DNA of 63,695 nucleotides, counting the filler, from Octopus bimaculoides (taxonomy: Eukaryota): NCBI RefSeq assembly GCF_001194135.2. It is 9 parts of 8 records of this genome, joined end to end, with 100 filler letters (N's around TTAATTAATTAA, not from the genome) between each part and the next. Parts side by side here need not be neighbours in the genome. Positions count along the whole stretch, not along the records: positions 6,608 to 12,132 come from NC_068984.1; positions 12,233 to 17,462 come from NC_068998.1; positions 17,563 to 26,049 come from NC_068991.1; positions 26,150 to 51,398 come from NC_069002.1; 5 more parts are not named here. One strand, 5' to 3'. This document shows positions 12,102-26,528 of this stretch, piece by piece. The notes under the pieces are model-generated. The model saw only the letters and a list, made by a program, of their open reading frames with translations. It had not been told where the DNA came from and searched no databases. Both the position numbers and the translations under genes were made by a program. Position 1 is the first letter of the stretch. The number at the start of each line of letters is the position of its first letter.

Positions 12102-12132
<31 letters not shown>

Positions 12133-13042
12133 NNNNNNNNNNNNNNNNNNNNNNNNNNNNNNNNNNNNNNNNNNNNTTAATTAATTAANNNNNNNNNNNN
12201 NNNNNNNNNNNNNNNNNNNNNNNNNNNNNNNNATATATATATATATATATATACCACTAAGTTGACTGCTACGGTGCTAGGAGAAAATCACCGGGGTTTT
12301 TAGCACAGTAGCAGTCCACTTAGTGGTCTCTTTTATATATACACATACAATAATGCTTTTGATATCTCAGATTTTCTGAATCTCCTGATTCTCGTAATGT
12401 TCTACTTTCCTGGTATTAAATTGATATTAATTAATATCCAATTTTTACCCTACTATTTTAATCATATATATATGTATACATTTCATTGGGCATCGGATAA
12501 AATATACTTTGTAAACGTATTTCAATCATTGTACCAAAATCGTATCTTCTTGATTCCATCTATCTTAATATTTTCACAATATATCTCACGATTGTAAACG
12601 AACTATATACTAGGTAAGAACCTGGACCGGTCATATGTTTCTCTTTTTCTTTCTGAAAAAAGAAATAAAACAAAAACAGTCAATCAGACACAATAAATTC
12701 TATAATTTTTTCTTGGATTGACATCATACTGAGATAAGTATTTATCTTCCATCTGAATATAAAGTATAAGGGAATATTAGGGTAGCCTTCCGTTTCTGCA
12801 ACCAACGCCGCAGCCTCGAAGATGTAACTTTATTAGAAATTTTAACTTACAAGAATCTACAAGTGTATGGTTCTTGAAAATTGTTAAAAATGTTCACCCA
12901 CACGGAAAGGAACATATCTATTCACACACAGTTATGTGTGCATGTATTTACTGTATAATGTCCGTACGTATTCGCACATACAAATATGTTCGTGTGTTTA
13001 TGTGTATGTGTGTGTGTGTATGTGTTTGTGTTTGTGTGTGTA

Positions 13043-13088
<46 letters not shown>

Positions 13089-15548
13089 TGTATGCATGGA
13101 AATGTAGACTGAGTAATGATTTTATTCCGTTACAATAATATTAAAATTTCTAGAAATTCATGTTTTTCTTTGCTTTTATTTATTTATCTTAAATATGCCT
13201 CCTTCCTTATCTCGCTATATCTAAACACGAGATTCCATTATTTATTTAATATTTTGTACCCATCAATGATATTTTTATGCGTCTATCAATCAATTTATAT
13301 ACCTATCTTATAGAATACAATTATATCAGAAGGAATCTATCTGTCCCTCTACCTTTCTCTCTCTCTCTGTATCATGGGATCAAATCTAAGGCAAGAAAGT
13401 GTAATGTAGTAACATATGCAGGAAGATCTGGTGGTTCTAGTGTCACAATGGCAGGCGTTGGTGGTTTCGGTTGTATCATACAAGTACTACAGTAGATAAT
13501 ATAATTTGCTGCATATCCAAACAACGTGAGTGTAATTTTGTCGGACATCAAAACATCGAGGTGATAATGCGACTTTAAGAGAACAAAAGGCTGTCAAATG
13601 GGCAAAATTTAAACCAAAGAAGTATGGAACACTTCTGACAGTTTCCTTGCAGTAGATGTGCGCTCTTGTTAGATGATCCAGCTGCTGTAAATATCCGCTA
13701 CCGGAAGAATCTTGGCATACCGTGGTTAATGATGTGCAGTCACGCGCTAACGTTACCTTAGATTTCCCTTGCTGTTGAGTACGTGTATAACTTCACTGCC
13801 TGTGTCCTTTCGGCAATAACCGTTTCTCGGCTCGTTTCTAGTACAGATTGGTCAAGCTGCACGTCATGCAATCTCGGGTCACCCCTTGGAGACCTAGATC
13901 AAGCTAGATCACAAAATAATTCAGCAGCTCTGTGTACGGTATGAAACTGTCTCACTAAAATTCGAGAGTGAAGGCTCATTGATTCATTTTCATGGTTGAT
14001 TTTTAGCTTCTGCATACCCTGCTTGAGTTTTAGAGCTAGTAAAGAAGCATGTGGCTAATTTGAGACGCAAATATGACTGCAAAGGCACATGCTACAGGTA
14101 TTCTGGGACCACTTACGACTACCTATTGTATGTATAATAAACTGTTATTGGTTTTGCAGATGAAATTCCTTGCCGTCCCTTGTGCATGGTCTTTCATACT
14201 GCTTATTCTAAGAAAAGTCCAGTTGCGTGAAAAGTGCGGCAGTCTTTCAATAATCATCCCCGTTTGTTAGCTGCGTTTTGTGTACCGCAGTTTAATGTTT
14301 CTCGGACAGATTCCATTCCCTGTGGCTATTTTGATCTTCAATTGGTGTTTCATATGAAAATTTTATCATTGACTTGCGTGATTTGATATAGTGATTTAGT
14401 TATTACATGTGTGCTGATGTACATAGTTCATCAATTACTCTATGCTTTGGTCTGTAACTTCAGGACGCCAGTAATATTTTTTGTTCAGAATCTGAATCAA
14501 ATCTCCATATAATACAAAGCAAGAATTTATATATATATATATATATATATAAAGTTTGTGTAAACACTAATAAGACAACAATTGTCTTTCAGTGGTTAAA
14601 AAGGAAATTGAAAGAGTTTCTTCTTTATAAAATACAAAGTGAATAACTGATATTAAATATCCATGCATTTATTCACCATTTTGAAATTTACTGATCAACT
14701 AAATCTTACTCCACTTAAGTGTTAAATAATAAAGCTTCAAACATTTAACAGCGGTGTATTTAATAAAATATATTTACACATAAAGAAAAAACAGACGTGT
14801 TTTTGAATACATATATTCTCTGCTTTACAGAAGATAAAATGCTTTAGATAAGCCGTTACATAATATATGTGACGTATTTGCAAATGTGTGCCATTTGGAT
14901 TCCCGCAGTAAAACTAGAATTAGAAATATTTTTTATTCATTACTTATCTGATAGGCAGGGTAGCTGAGCGAGAAACTATATGGATTTAGTCAATATTAAC
15001 TGTTCTCAAAAAGACTGAGAAAATACGACAGGAAAAAATATTTGTGTAATAGTAGATACATTTATAGTGTTGCAGATATTGACGTGTTTCCCTACTAATA
15101 AGGAAGAGATAAAATTGAGATATATGAAGCTGTTACAATGCTTCATTGTGAAGCATTTTAATTCAGATAAAGACTATATACATATGTAGGTGTGTCTGTG
15201 CGTGTGTATATGTGTGTATATATATATATTTAAAATATATACATATGTGTGTGTGTATGCGCGTGCGTGTATAACTGCATATGTATGTACATTTAAATAT
15301 ATATATATATATATATATATANNNNNNNNNNNNNNNNNNNNNNNNNNNNNNNNNNNNNNNNNNNNNNNNNNNNNNNNNNNNNNNNNNNNNNNNNNNNNNN
15401 NNNNNNNNNNNNNNNNNTATGTATATATGTATGCATATATATGTATGTATATACATACATACAAACAATATATATACACATATATGAATTTATATGTGTA
15501 TATATATAAGTTTATATATGAATATATATATATATAAATTTATATACA

Positions 15549-15599
<51 letters not shown>

Positions 15600-17591
15600 G
15601 TCTAAATACATCGACAAATGCATATATGTATGCAGATATATTTTTCTATCCACAACATCTGTGTGCGTGATCCATATATGCTTCTTGGATTGTTTTGATT
15701 TTTATATGTTCCCGGGCGTATACATCTGAAAAAATACAAACTGAAATAAACTTACTGTACAGTGTGAGCAAATAGATGATAATTAAATTTTGGCATATAT
15801 GAATATAAAAAGAAAACCAAGCTGATAGGGCTGAAAAAACTACTGACAAAGATAAACGCATGTCAACGTGATGGTTAACGCCTTAGACAATATTCATGAT
15901 AAGGTATAAATATATGTGTGTATATATGTGTGTGTTTGTGTGCGTGCGTGTAATCTTGTAAAGTGTTATTGGGGTACTGTAAAACTTTTGTGTATTTCTA
16001 TGTTTTGCTTGGAGCATGTTAGAATATATGTAGGTGGCGTTTTGTAAATAATGTTCCTGTGGGTCGGTAATTGTGATACGCAAATGAATAAAAGGTTAAC
16101 GCACTGATAGATATGCTAAATCTATATTATTAGCTCTTATTTTATATATTCAATAATTTTATGTTGTGTTTTTTTTGAGTGTGTTGACCTTTTTATGTTT
16201 TAGCTTGATATGTCAGTATCTGTGCGTTTTATATATGTTTGCATGCATACATATTTATATATATATATATAAACAAGTAGTAAATGAGTATATGCATATA
16301 TACGTACAGGTATGTGCATACCGACATCCACCTGTATGTATAGGTGCACATCTGGGTACAGGACATTGCACACAAAACAGAGACGAGAAAACACACAAGC
16401 CACATAGAGAACATTCTACTTCATCAGCTACCTCCGTTTTAACACCGGCGTTTCGAAGAGCTAGGCAGGACGCATCGTTAAAACAGCTCTTCCCATGGCC
16501 CGCAAATTAAATTTGTATACACAAATTAAATCTTGCCATGGGGGAATGTCGTGGCGGACAAAAAACAAGACAAGAAAACAAACAGAAAATGCTTTTCGGC
16601 CAGACGAGAAAAATTGTTTGTGTATGAACGCTGTGAGGCACGAACTTGAAAGTTTGGGACGAAATGGTTCGCGTGTTAGCTCGGCGACAGCCAAGAAAGA
16701 AAAGGANNNNNNNNNNCACGAACTTGAAAGTTTGGGACGAAATGGTTCGCGTGTTAGCTCGGCGACAGCCAAGAAAGAAAAGGATTATTGACCGGAAGTA
16801 TGTGACCATGCCGGTGTAAGGGGAAGGGAGAGAGTGGCAGAGGTAGAAACAAGGGGAGGAAGTAGAAGAATAGGTGAACAACGAGAGGAAAAGAGAAAGA
16901 GAGGAAGTACGAGGGGGAAAAAAGAGATACGTAGTAGTAACAGAGGAAGAACGAGAGGGGTAAAGCGAGCTTTATACATACTTATATGCATGTGTGTGTG
17001 TATTATAGGTGATATTTACATTCGTGTAAATGTTAACTTGATGTAAAAATATAAAATGTTTACGAATTTGTTTTCATCATACAATTTAAATGGAAAACCT
17101 GTGTACATAAGAGTATGAATGTATGCAAGAATCTACATATACATGTGATAGTTTTCATTTAGAAACGAATCCGACGTTTTGTTGAATTGTTTAATACCAT
17201 ATGAAAACCACCATAAATAAAAGCATATTTTAATTCATTATACAATCAAAGGGATATATGTGGAAATACAGAAAGAGAAGGACTGAGAGTAATTGGATTA
17301 AGAAGCTGGGAACCCGCCTATAACAGGGAGGCTTACGCTAACATTTTCAAAAGAAAAATATATAAAAGCGTTCTCGCTCGTATTTGAAGTGTGTGTAGAG
17401 AGAGAGAGAGACAGAGAAAGATAAAAAGACACTGACAGATACATACATACATACATATATATNNNNNNNNNNNNNNNNNNNNNNNNNNNNNNNNNNNNNN
17501 NNNNNNTTAATTAATTAANNNNNNNNNNNNNNNNNNNNNNNNNNNNNNNNNNNNNNNNNNNNCACACACACACACACACACACAGACACAG

Positions 17592-17622
<31 letters not shown>

Positions 17623-17825
17623 CACACACAAACGCATATATATATATACATATATATATTCAGACTGAGGAAGAGAGAGAGAGAATGTGTGTATGTATGT
17701 ATGTATGTATGTATATGTGTGTGTATACATATATATAATAAACACAAACATACATGTGTTTGGGAATGGGTACAAGAAATAACTACGTTTGTATAAGCCA
17801 GTATGTGAGTATGTATACACACACG

Positions 17826-17867
<42 letters not shown>

Positions 17868-18094
17868 AATGGTGACTATATGCTTAGTGTCGTATAAACA
17901 TATACGTACATAGGTAGGAACTTTGTTCTACTTCTTTTGCTAATAGTGTATATTTCAGTAAGGTTATTGCGCTACTTTTCTAAGAGTGGTACTTATTCTA
18001 TCGTACTGACTTTACCTAATTTTTTCACTTGTGCCATTATTACCGTTTACCATATAGGAATATATATATATATATACATACATACATACACACA

Positions 18095-18148
<54 letters not shown>

Positions 18149-18869
18149 NNNNNNNNNNNNNNNNNNNNNNNNNNNNNNNNNNNNNNNNNNNNNNNNNNNN
18201 NNNNNNNNNNNNNNNNNNNNNNNNNNNNNNNNNNNNNNNNNNNNNNNNNNNNNNNNNNNNNNNNNNNNNNNNNNNNNNNNNNNNNNNNNNNNNNNNNNNN
18301 NNNNNNNNNNNNNNNNNNNNNNNNNNNNNNNNNNNNNNNNNNNNNNNNNNNNNNNNNNNNNNNNNNNNNNNNNNNNNNNNNNNNNNNNNNNNNNNNNNNN
18401 NNNNNNNNNNNNNNNNNNNNNNNNNNNNNNNNNNNNNNNNNNNNNNNNNNNNNNNNNNNNNNNNNNNNNNNNNNNNNNNNNNNNNNNNNNNNNNNNNNNN
18501 NNNNNNNNNNNNNNNNNNNNNNNNNNNNNNNNNNNNNNNNNNNNNNNNNNNNNNNNNNNNNNNNNNNNNNNNNNNNNNNNNNNNNNNNNNNNNNNNNNNN
18601 NNNNNNNNNNNNNNNNNNNNNNNNNNNNNNNNNNNNNNNNNNNNNNNNNNNNNNNNNNNNNNNNNNNNNNNNNNNNNNNNNNNNNNNNNNNNNNNNNNNN
18701 NNNNNNNNNNNNNNNNNNNNNNNNNNNNNNNNNNNNNNNNNNNNNNNNNNNNNNNNNNNNNNNNNNNNNNNNNNNNNNNNNNNNNNNNNNNNNNNNNNNN
18801 NNNNNNNNNNNNNNNNNNNNNNNNNNNTATATATATATATATATATACGTATGCATGTATATGTATTTA

Positions 18870-18945
<76 letters not shown>

Positions 18946-19377
18946 CATGTCGATATATAAATATAGGTGTGTATATATGAATAAATAAACGTAAATCTAT
19001 AACTATTTGTCTATGTATCTATCTGTCTGTCTGACTGTCTGTCTGTGTGTCTGTATGTATGTATGTATGTATGTAATTATGTATGTATATGTGTATACAT
19101 TCGTATATGTACATATAAATAAGTACACACACATATATATATATATATATATATTTCACAGAAACATTGTCGTCATAGCTGAAATGAAGTGAAAAACAAA
19201 TACTGTAGGCTTGCTGAAGTGAGGCGTGGAACGCGAAGAGCATATTTATTTATCATGTAAATACGCACACGCAGACACCGCACACACACACACACACACA
19301 TGGCTAGTCTGTCTGTGTGCCTGTCTGTTCGGCTGGCTGACTGTGTCGTGTGTATACGCATGTGTAATGACCTGAAG

Positions 19378-19766
19378 TCGAAGCGCTATGGCCCAGTGGT
19401 TAGGGCAGCGGACTCGCGGTCATAGGATCGCGGTTTCGACTCCCAGATCAGGCGTTGTGAGTGTTTACTGAGCGAAAACACCTAAAGCTCCACCAGGCTC
19501 TGGCAGGGGATGGTGGCGAACCCTGCTGTACTCTTTCACCACAACTTTCTCTCACTCTTACTTCCTGTTTCTGTTGTGCCTGTAATTCAAAGGGTCAGCC
19601 TTGTCACACTGTGTCACGCTGAATATCCCCGAGAACTACGTTAAGGGTACACGTGTCTGTGGAGTGCTCAGCCACTTGCACGTTAATTTCACGAGCAGGC
19701 TGTTCCGTTGATCGGATCAACTGGAACCCTCGACGTCGTAAGCGACGGAGTGCCAACAACAACAAC
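19378..19766 (+). mobile_element. SINE family C, full length with (CAA)n tail and target-site duplication
   Basis: A box TGGCCCAGTGG, B box GGTTTCGACTCC; TSD AATGACCTGAAG (19366-19377) / AATGACCTGGAG (19767-19778). Confidence 0.9.
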
Positions 19767-19825
19767 AATGACCTGGAGCAATCGAATATATTTAAAAAGA
19801 AAAAGACTCTTTTGTCGTGAATACA

Positions 19826-19958
19826 CGTAGTCGAGTGGTTGAATTATAACATTTACGATTTAAAATCGTGGTTTCGTCTCCCGAACCGGGCTGTGTTGTA
19901 TTCTTGAGAACAAACATACGTTTATTTCACGTTGCTTCAGTTCAGTCGGCTGTAAATG
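19826..19958 (+). mobile_element. Degenerate tRNA-derived SINE (fourth family) fragment
   Basis: GAGTGGTT..GTGGTTTCGTCTCCCG then a CORE-like TTGTATTCTTGAG..TTTATTTCACGTTGC. Confidence 0.45.
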
Positions 19959-21342
19959 CGCTCCAGCAGGATCTGGGAAGTAAAACCTTCCGACGGTCCG
20001 GTGTCCCGTTTTGGGAATGAGAGTCGCATTACATAATAATCTTCAATTGACAGACCTCTTTTGCCGTTGTGATATTAGTAATTTAAGAAAAATATGACCA
20101 AAGATGTTTTTGTCAAACATTCTGTTTAAGCTCCTCTAAAAGACCCATTTCAGTGACGTGGTGGCGCTGAATGGTTCTAATTTCTTACGTAACCTCACAT
20201 TTTGCAGGAGTAACATAGTCATTGTCTTGCCCCTGGTACATTACATGCATTTCGTTCGTCGGTTAAAATTAGGCAAGAACCATTTATTAATAAGCAGTTC
20301 CTACGTAATTATAATGTACAAAAACACAACCGATCTTCCTGTTTTCCTTCTCAACGATATTCTGAATCTTAGCTCTACTGACTTTAATCCAATGCAATTT
20401 TTTTCATATTTAAGTGAAATAACCAATTTGTTTTACGCTTTATATTTCTCTCATCAATCATGATTAAATGACTGCTAGTGCTGTTATATAACACTTGTTA
20501 CATAATACGCATGACTAAATCATTGTCATCCATGTCTATAAATTGATGTTTGGTTGGTCACCTGCAAGTTGATGAAACAATTGTAAACCATGGAATAAAA
20601 GTATTGCCATATACTTTACTTTCCACTTATATATATGCGTAGATATTGCTATGTGATTAAGAAGCGGCATTTTAGTCAAGTGTCTTCTACTTATATTATG
20701 TCTGGATTTCTACCGATTTATGAAAGACTACTATGGATTATCTTCCTGATTTCTGCCTAATTATATTTACATGCACGTTTGTGTAACTTATATATAAACA
20801 GTTTGGTGCCATAAACAGCTAGTTGTCCAAATTTTATTACATCTTACATATGTTTGACGTGTGTATGGGTGCAACAAGATATTTATACTCCACACAGTAT
20901 ATCATTATAAATTTTATGGAGGCATTTTTCAGCGAAGTACTCAAAAGATTTTCATGTAAATTATGAATAATTTAAAGTAATAGCATTATGTCTATACAGA
21001 GAAGGAATAAAAGAAAAGACCCAACTTTTAACACAATTCTGATAAAAAGGAGGCATACGTGATCTTACCTCAAAGGTAGAATGCTTCGATTTGAAAATTT
21101 ATAATTTATCAAGAAAGAAGAAAAGGAACCATGTGACCAGCAGTATAAAGTAGGATAAAACAGTATAATACTGCCCGGAATCGACTAATGTACACAAACA
21201 TGAGTACATTTTATATCTATCTCCCTGTCTATCTATCGATTTAACGATTTACGAGCTGGTTATCTATATATTTCTGTTGTTGTCTGATTATCGATTTGTC
21301 TGTCGGCTTATCTTTCTACCTTTCTGCGTCGCTGTCAGTCAG

Positions 21343-21395
<53 letters not shown>

Positions 21396-22608
21396 TCGTG
21401 TAAAATCATGTTGAGCACGTTCGAGTGTATTCGAATGTGATGAGACCTTTCTCTGGACGAACATTCTCCAGAAAATAATTTCATTTGACCGTAGTACTCA
21501 TACGTCCCTGAGTCGTTCCGCTTTGTCAGCTACCAACTCAGTTGTTCACAGCTCGGTAAATATAGAATTATCATTACTGAATGTTTACTGAGGTGCGTAC
21601 TATTCAGTCAAGCTAGAATATACACACATGCACACATATGTATATATATTTTTACCCCTTTTGTCATTTCCTCTGTCATTGCACTGAGGCCATGCTGGCA
21701 CACTGCCTGGTACAGGAACGTAAACAAACCAGTGCCGGTTGTCAAGCGGTATACACACTGCTTAAGGCATTGTAATTCTTATACATCACCCGTTCTTCAT
21801 TTTCTCTTTGATTGTTTTCATTTATGCTTATTTGTATTTATGTACATCCAGCGAACCTTATTCAATTATTAATTATATCCATTATTTCTCCCCACTATAC
21901 TAATAAAAATCCATATTTGTCCTTTGGTTCATCGTTAATACAATTACATTGGTATGTTTTTGAATAGTTTAGTCGAAATCATATCCTTAGAATACACCAA
22001 ATTGCTTTTAAATGCATCTATTTTTAGTAAGAAATGTTGGTTAGTTTTAATAACATTTATCCTAATTTCTATAATATTCCAAATAAATTCTGTTCAACAG
22101 CTAAATCGATAGCGAAAAGGTCTTCAGCAGAAGTGTAATTCATATACTATAATGTACGAATAGAACATAGATAATTTCATGCGATTAGAATTGCGAATTA
22201 TTATTGACGATGAAACGGCCATAGTTTTCTGACAATTCTATGGCAATTGTTATTAAGCAGAAGAAAACTCGCCACCTGCAAAAACCAGTGGAGCAGAAAC
22301 CAATCAAAAATTGTTTTGAAATTAACCGAAGCATATATTAGAGAGTTCGTATGATGCAGTTTTGTATCAGAGCATCGCAGATTCTTAAAGATTTGTTTAA
22401 TTACCCAATGGAAAATTCCTAAGAATTTCCTTTATTCTCTTTGGAACTGAATAGTTCTTAAAACAGTCTTTCATCCTATTTCGAGAAAATATTTTTCAAA
22501 TATTTTCGATAACAATTTAAAGGGGAAAAAATGAAAATAATTGAGCCGTCACTAAGAATATAACCACTTGCTCTTTTCTTGTTTATGAGCATTCAGCCTC
22601 CTTCACGA

Positions 22609-22610
<2 letters not shown>

Positions 22611-22678
<68 letters not shown>

Positions 22679-22700
22679 ATTATTATTGTTATTATTATTA
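22611..22700. repeat. (ATT)n microsatellite
   Basis: Direct inspection. Confidence 0.95.
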
Positions 22701-23255
22701 AGGCAGCGAGCTGGCAGAATCGTTAGCGCGCCAAACTAAATGCTTAGAATTCAAATGCTTAGAGTTCAAATTACGCCGAGGTCGGCTTTGCCTTTCATCC
22801 TTTCGGGGTCGATAAATTAAATACCAGTGAAACACTGGGGGTCGATGTGATCGACTTATCCCCTCCCGCAAAATTACAATCCTAGTGGCAAAATTTGGAG
22901 TCATCATTATTATTGTATCCCTTTCCCCCAAATTTCCGGCCTTGTGCCTATAGTAGAAAGGATTATCATCATCACCATTATTATCATTATTATTATTATT
23001 ATTATTATTATTGTTATTATTATTAAGGCGGTGAGCTGGCAGAATCGCTATCGCTCCGGACACAATACTTAGCAGCAGTTCAAATACCCTCGAGGTTGAC
23101 TTTGCCTTTCATCCTTTCAAAGTAGATAANNNNNNNNNNNNNNNNNNNNNNNNNNNNNNNNNNNNNNNNNNNNNNNNNNNNNNNNNNNNNNNNNNNNNNN
23201 NCCTCCTCCTCCTCCTCCTCCAAAATTTATGATTTTGTGCCTATGTCTGAAATTA
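22701..23255 (+). mobile_element. Tandem SINE family B copies (one interrupted by a gap)
   Basis: Heads AGGCAGCGAGCTGGCAGAATCG at 22701 and AGGCGGTGAGCTGGCAGAATCG near 23026, separated by (ATT)n. Confidence 0.85.
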
Positions 23256-24305
23256 GTAGCAAAGATATGTATTGGAGGAAACGTTAGTGCTGGACGAAAT
23301 TTTAATTTTTTAATTTTTTTAATTATTTTTTTAACGTTTTCATTTCAATTCCTGCCGTAGTTAGCTTTGACAAAGTACGATTCAAGTATTCAATTAGATA
23401 TAATCGACTGTTCTTCCTTCCTCCCAACCGACAAATTTCTGATCCTGTGAAATTGATGGATTGTTAGAATCGGTAGAGCACCAAACAAAATACCTTGTGA
23501 TATTTAGATTCGTCTGGAATTCAAATCTCGCAATGGGTAACTTTATCAATCATTCCTCTGGGGTCGGCAAAAGAAAGTACCAGTCGAATCACGTGGTCGA
23601 TATAATCGACGAACTCCCTCCCTTCAAACATCATCTGCTTGTTTGGCGTGCTAAAAAGAATAGAGACATTTGCGGTCATCGCAATTAACTAATATTCTTT
23701 TTTAATCGAAAAAGACTTTAGGACAAGCTTTCTCTTGTTCTGATCGCTGGTGGTAACCATATCTTCTCTTTGAGCATCGTTTTCTCCGTATCAGCTGCAG
23801 AGACACTACTATATATTTTATCCGTTCTTATGTCTCGTTTCCACTGTACCGATTGGCAATCGTATCCAAGTGCTTCTTGGCACCACTAAAGTAGCAGTTT
23901 TATTTCAAAGCAACAAAACTACCAGAATCTTTAACAAGAAAGCTGATGAAAGCTAAACATTTGTTCTTTCTCTATCACATATTATATGTGACGCAGGCAG
24001 TCAAATTTTCTTTCGCATTGTGTTTCGTTTAATCTACTGCTGCACTCTTCTTCCCTGTCAGTTTGAATGAGTCTCTCCCTTCTTCTTGTCTCTCCACTCT
24101 TTCTTTCTGTATTTTTCCTTTTCTACTTACCGCCTCAATCTGCCTGTCTGCTCTGCTATCTTCCATTCTGGAAATCACTATCTATCTTTCAGTTCGCAGA
24201 GTAAGCAAACGTATCTTTTTGCATTCTTTCATTTGCTTAGACAGATCGAACTTACATTTGATTGTCTTCTTTGCCTTCTGCATTATAATTCCTGCACTGC
24301 AACAT

Positions 24306-24406
24306 GGCTGTAGTATCGGACACTTGCTCAATGTGCCGAGTAGTGGGAATGAACTTATGAGTATATGGCTGGAAACCAAGCTTCTCAACCACACAACCAC
24401 GCCTGC
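24306..24406 (-). mobile_element. SINE family A head plus CORE fragment
   Basis: Minus GCAGGCGTGGTTGTGTGGTTGAGAAGCTTG..AAGTTCATTCCC..GGCACATTGAGCAAGTGTC. Confidence 0.7.
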
Positions 24407-24747
24407 ATAAAGAATAAAAAATGACACACGCACACGCACACGTACATGCGCGCGCATAAAACACACACACACACACACACACACACATGCATGTATGTAT
24501 AAGTGTAGATAATTCTATGATTAAGTAGAGAGAAATATTTATATAATGTATATATATTAATACATATAAGCATAGACATTTCTCTATCTCTCTCTCTCTC
24601 TCTCTCAGCGTTTATATATATAAGTATAGGCTATGTATATATATATGTGTGTGTGTGTGTGTGTTTGTGTTTATGTTTGTGTGTATATATATATATATTA
24701 TGTAAATAGGCGCACACAAGCACATATATACTTATATATGTGTGAAC

Positions 24748-24792
<45 letters not shown>

Positions 24793-25327
24793 TACATATA
24801 CATATGTATATATACATATATGAATATATATGTGTGTATTTTTGTGTGTGTGTGGGTGTGTGTGGCTGTGTGAGTGTGCTAAAATATGTATATAAGCATA
24901 CAGTTGTGTGTATATATTTGTTGTCCAATAAAGTTACTTAGTAAAAAGTAAACAGCTTTGTCCTTTTGGTCTATAACAGCCCTGCGGTCAACATCAGTCC
25001 GGTCTTTATTCAGATCAAATTTACATTGACCAAGTCAAATGTTAGAAATTGTACGGCAATTGAATTTTGAAGAAACGAATTGGCTTGTTTCGGTAGAAGT
25101 CTTCGGCATCAATCACCTGCAAGTCTTCTCATTACATTTAACTTTGTTTCATCTTGTTTTTTTTTTGTTATGTATATATTCTGTTTATTTTTTCTTGGAT
25201 GGACAAACTGCTTCGAGCCATATTGTGTCATCAAACACGCAAAATATTTTACTTATAGAAGCATCTTTTTTATATACTTCTTCCTTATATTTTTCTGTAT
25301 CCTTATCTCTCCCCAGTGATTCTCTCC

Positions 25328-25328
25328 G

Positions 25329-25378
<50 letters not shown>

Positions 25379-25412
25379 GGCAGAAACAGCTTGACAGTGT
25401 GTGCGTGCGTGC

Positions 25413-25468
<56 letters not shown>

Positions 25469-25685
25469 GAGAGAGGGAGAGAGAGAGAGAGAGGGGGAGA
25501 GAGATAGAGAGAAAGAGAGAGAGAGAGAAAGAGAGAAAGAGAGAGATAGATAGAGAGAGAGATAGAGATAGAGAGAGACTATGATAGAGACAGAGATAGA
25601 CAGACAGACAGACAGACAGACAGTGACGGAGACAGAGACGGAGACTGGCAGAGACACAGACAGACAAATAGGCAAACAGACAGAA
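25328..25685. repeat. Compound microsatellite (CTAT)n-(GT)n-(GA)n-(GATA)n-(GACA)n
   Basis: Direct inspection. Confidence 0.95.
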
Positions 25686-26016
25686 AGGGAGAGAAAGAAC
25701 GTTTTGATAGGAATATTCCGACAATATTTCTTACGTTGGAAGAAATATTGATGCATTATATATAAGAGAATGTTGAATTCAATATATTTTATTACATATC
25801 ATGTTCAATGCATCTTTTCTTGTAAATAATTTTGTATAAACGCTATGGATATTTACCTACTTCTACATGTATATCTAGTGAGAAAGGAAGTACGATAGCA
25901 TAATTTAGTAACCACTACCCGCAGAAGAGCTTTGAGAAAGCTCACTACAAGGTATTACTAAGATAATATTAATATATATATGTATATATGTATATATATT
26001 AATATATATATGTATG

Positions 26017-26049
<33 letters not shown>

Positions 26050-26437
26050 NNNNNNNNNNNNNNNNNNNNNNNNNNNNNNNNNNNNNNNNNNNNTTAATTA
26101 ATTAANNNNNNNNNNNNNNNNNNNNNNNNNNNNNNNNNNNNNNNNNNNNGTCGAGTTACCTCGCCTGTCCATGACTAACGTGCGAAAAATCGATGTACAT
26201 GGCCCCCGAAAGGGATGCAGGGTGAGTTACCTCGCCTTTCCATGACTCTAACGTGTTTTAACACCGACGACATGAGAATTATATACTCCGCTACGCCATT
26301 GCAGCCGCCGGAAAATACACAAAATATATCCATTACTATATGTATTTAATGATATTTATTATACTAAAGCTGCTTTTACTACATATGTAAATATACGTGT
26401 GTGGTGTGTGTGTGTGTGCGTGTGTATATATACATAA

Positions 26438-26528
26438 GGCGCAGGAGTGGCTGTGTGGTAAGAAGCTTGCTTCCAAACATGTTTCCGGGTTCACTCCCAC
26501 TGCGTGGCACCTTGGGCGAGTGTCTTCT
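26438..26528 (+). mobile_element. SINE family A head plus CORE, abutting a (TCT/TCC)n tract
   Basis: GGCGCAGGAGTGGCTGTGTGGTAAGAAGCTTGC..GGGTTCACTCCC..GGCACCTTGGGCGAGTGTCTTCT. Confidence 0.85.

Noticed and set aside
16419-16460. Type II hammerhead (GAAAC-GCCGGU-GUU ... CUGAUGA, minus strand)
   Set aside because: Stems I and II do not pair
16639-16784. Exact 68-bp direct repeat
   Set aside because: Identical copies flank a 10-N gap, typical of an unmerged contig overlap
21380-21620. Possible small exon
   Set aside because: Weak splice signals and no recognisable peptide
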